DNA of 64,000 nucleotides from Eledone cirrhosa (Eukaryota): positions 27,528,001 to 27,592,000 of the forward strand of contig OZ024751.1 in the NCBI GenBank assembly GCA_964016885.1, read 5' to 3'. Positions 37,806 through 64,000 of the stretch are shown here, piece by piece. A program made the position numbers and the translations under genes. Under the pieces are notes generated by a model. The model worked only from the letters and a program-made list of their open reading frames with translations, ran no database searches and was not told the DNA's origin. Within the stretch, counting starts at the first letter, position 1. Every line of letters starts with the position of its first letter.

Positions 37806-39082
37806 ATGTCAGATGTCAAAACTGAATTCTGAAGATATTCAGAGATTATATGTCAACTATTTTAGGCTTGTCTTAGTCTCTGCTGTCTAAACAATTATTA
37901 TTATTATAAGAAATCATTATTATTATTGTTGTTGTTGTTGTTTCTTCGCTCAGCTTCTAACGTTGGAGATGTATTACAGTTAGCTGTTCACAACCAGTGA
38001 ACTGAGGTAACATCCCTTATTTTTCAAGTACTCTCTGGAGTATTCAAGGTGTTCTAAGCTGTTTTTGTAAGTATTCCATCCATATTGCAATCTCTATTTG
38101 TTTAATGTATTATTATTATAGCCAGGCTTATATATTATTGTAAATGATTCTGGCTTCTCCCATCTAAAAATATAAGAATCCTGTTAGCTCTCCTCTAAAA
38201 TAATTGATCAAAAACGAAAGGAGTCAATAATGAGATGAGACGTAACAGTCTTTCTATTAGTCTTTCCATTCCTGATATAAGCTACTAGTCACAACTACTG
38301 GCAGAAGGAGGTGGGATTTGAACTCAGAAACCAGATCACATACTACAAAGCACCACATTTAACTGACAATTCTACTAATTTACCACCCTTGGACTGGTAC
38401 TTAATTTATTGACCCCAGGAGGGTGAAAGGCAGTTTACCTTGGTGAAATGTTAAACCAAAGTGCAGTGAGTCATAATATTTAATCTGATGTCCCTAAAGA
38501 TTCTATCAATTCATCTCCTGATCAAATAGGCCTATGGGGAAAAGCCAGCTCTCCAGCCATGACTATCCTGTCCTTTTAGTTAGTTTTTCCAAAGCCTATA
38601 GGTTTATCAAGCCAAAGATTATCCTGATATCATGAGGGGGTGACTGCAAGTTCACCATTTTGTCACAAGTTTAAAACAACTGGAGTGGATGGCTAATATT
38701 AATGTTCTATTTCAGCTGATTGAACTGCACATGAAATGAAGTGTCTTGCACACAGCTCACCATCTGAGCCAGGGATCAAACACAGCAACTGAGTCCAACA
38801 TTCTAACCACCAAACCATGCACCTTTAAGTCTCTTTAGGTGTATATAGGACTACATTTATCCAAAATGGTGTTGTGTGATTTAAAGGATATTTGGCTGCT
38901 ATTTTTAACACATCCATTGACCACAATGGCTTGCCTTCACATGTTTACTACATGTTGACAATATAACATGCATAAGAAGCTCAGCAAATTTAAATATTTA
39001 AATGATTATTGTATTCACTTTCTTTTTAACTCTTTCTTCTAAAGTCTGGCTCTCCCTTCTCAATCACTCCTCCCCTTGCTAT

Positions 39083-39129
<47 letters not shown>

Positions 39130-39176
39130 AAATATATCTATGTATATATTTAGTATGTAAATGTATGTAATTTTAG

Positions 39177-63864
<24,688 letters not shown>

Positions 63865-64000
63865 TGTTGTTTTCACTGTTGTTGTTGCTGCTGCTGCTGT
63901 TGTTGTCATGGTTGTTGTTGTTGATGTTGTCATGGTTGTTGTTGTTATGTTGTTATTGTTATTGACGATGATGATGATGTTTAGCCTCAGATTAGCCAAG

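Overview
AT-rich, intron- and repeat-rich animal genomic DNA. The RTE-LINE/SINE/microsatellite landscape resembles a cephalopod (Octopus-like) genome; this is an inference. I reconstructed three spliced genes by hand from GT-AG sites, with phases that add up. (1) RFWD3 (+, 13 exons, 697-26025, ~839 aa; RING, coiled coil and WD40), whose first exon is a coding 30-bp minisatellite carrying SSQ motifs. (2) RPL39 (-, 3 exons, 34122-27991, 51 aa), which hosts three U38/SNORD38-like C/D snoRNAs and one orphan C/D candidate in intron 1. (3) An AGBL2/3-type cytosolic carboxypeptidase (+, at least 16 exons, 39177-63864; start codon unresolved), apparently head-to-head with RPL39. The most interesting unannotated signal is a set of hammerhead ribozyme motifs in introns: one well-formed type I hammerhead at 4468-4555 (-), a U3-A8 core variant and a paralog in tandem ~317-bp units next to a Penelope GIY-YIG fragment, and an inverted pair at ~59.2 kb. 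Together they point to a Penelope/retrozyme-type system. Also present: a 6.7-kb 20-mer satellite containing CCCTAA, with a 2031-bp higher-order duplication and an apparently unexpanded paralog just upstream; a Merlin-like and a piggyBac-like non-autonomous element with intact TSDs; and Helitron, mariner and many RTE fragments. Most long ORFs in the supplied track are repeat artefacts.
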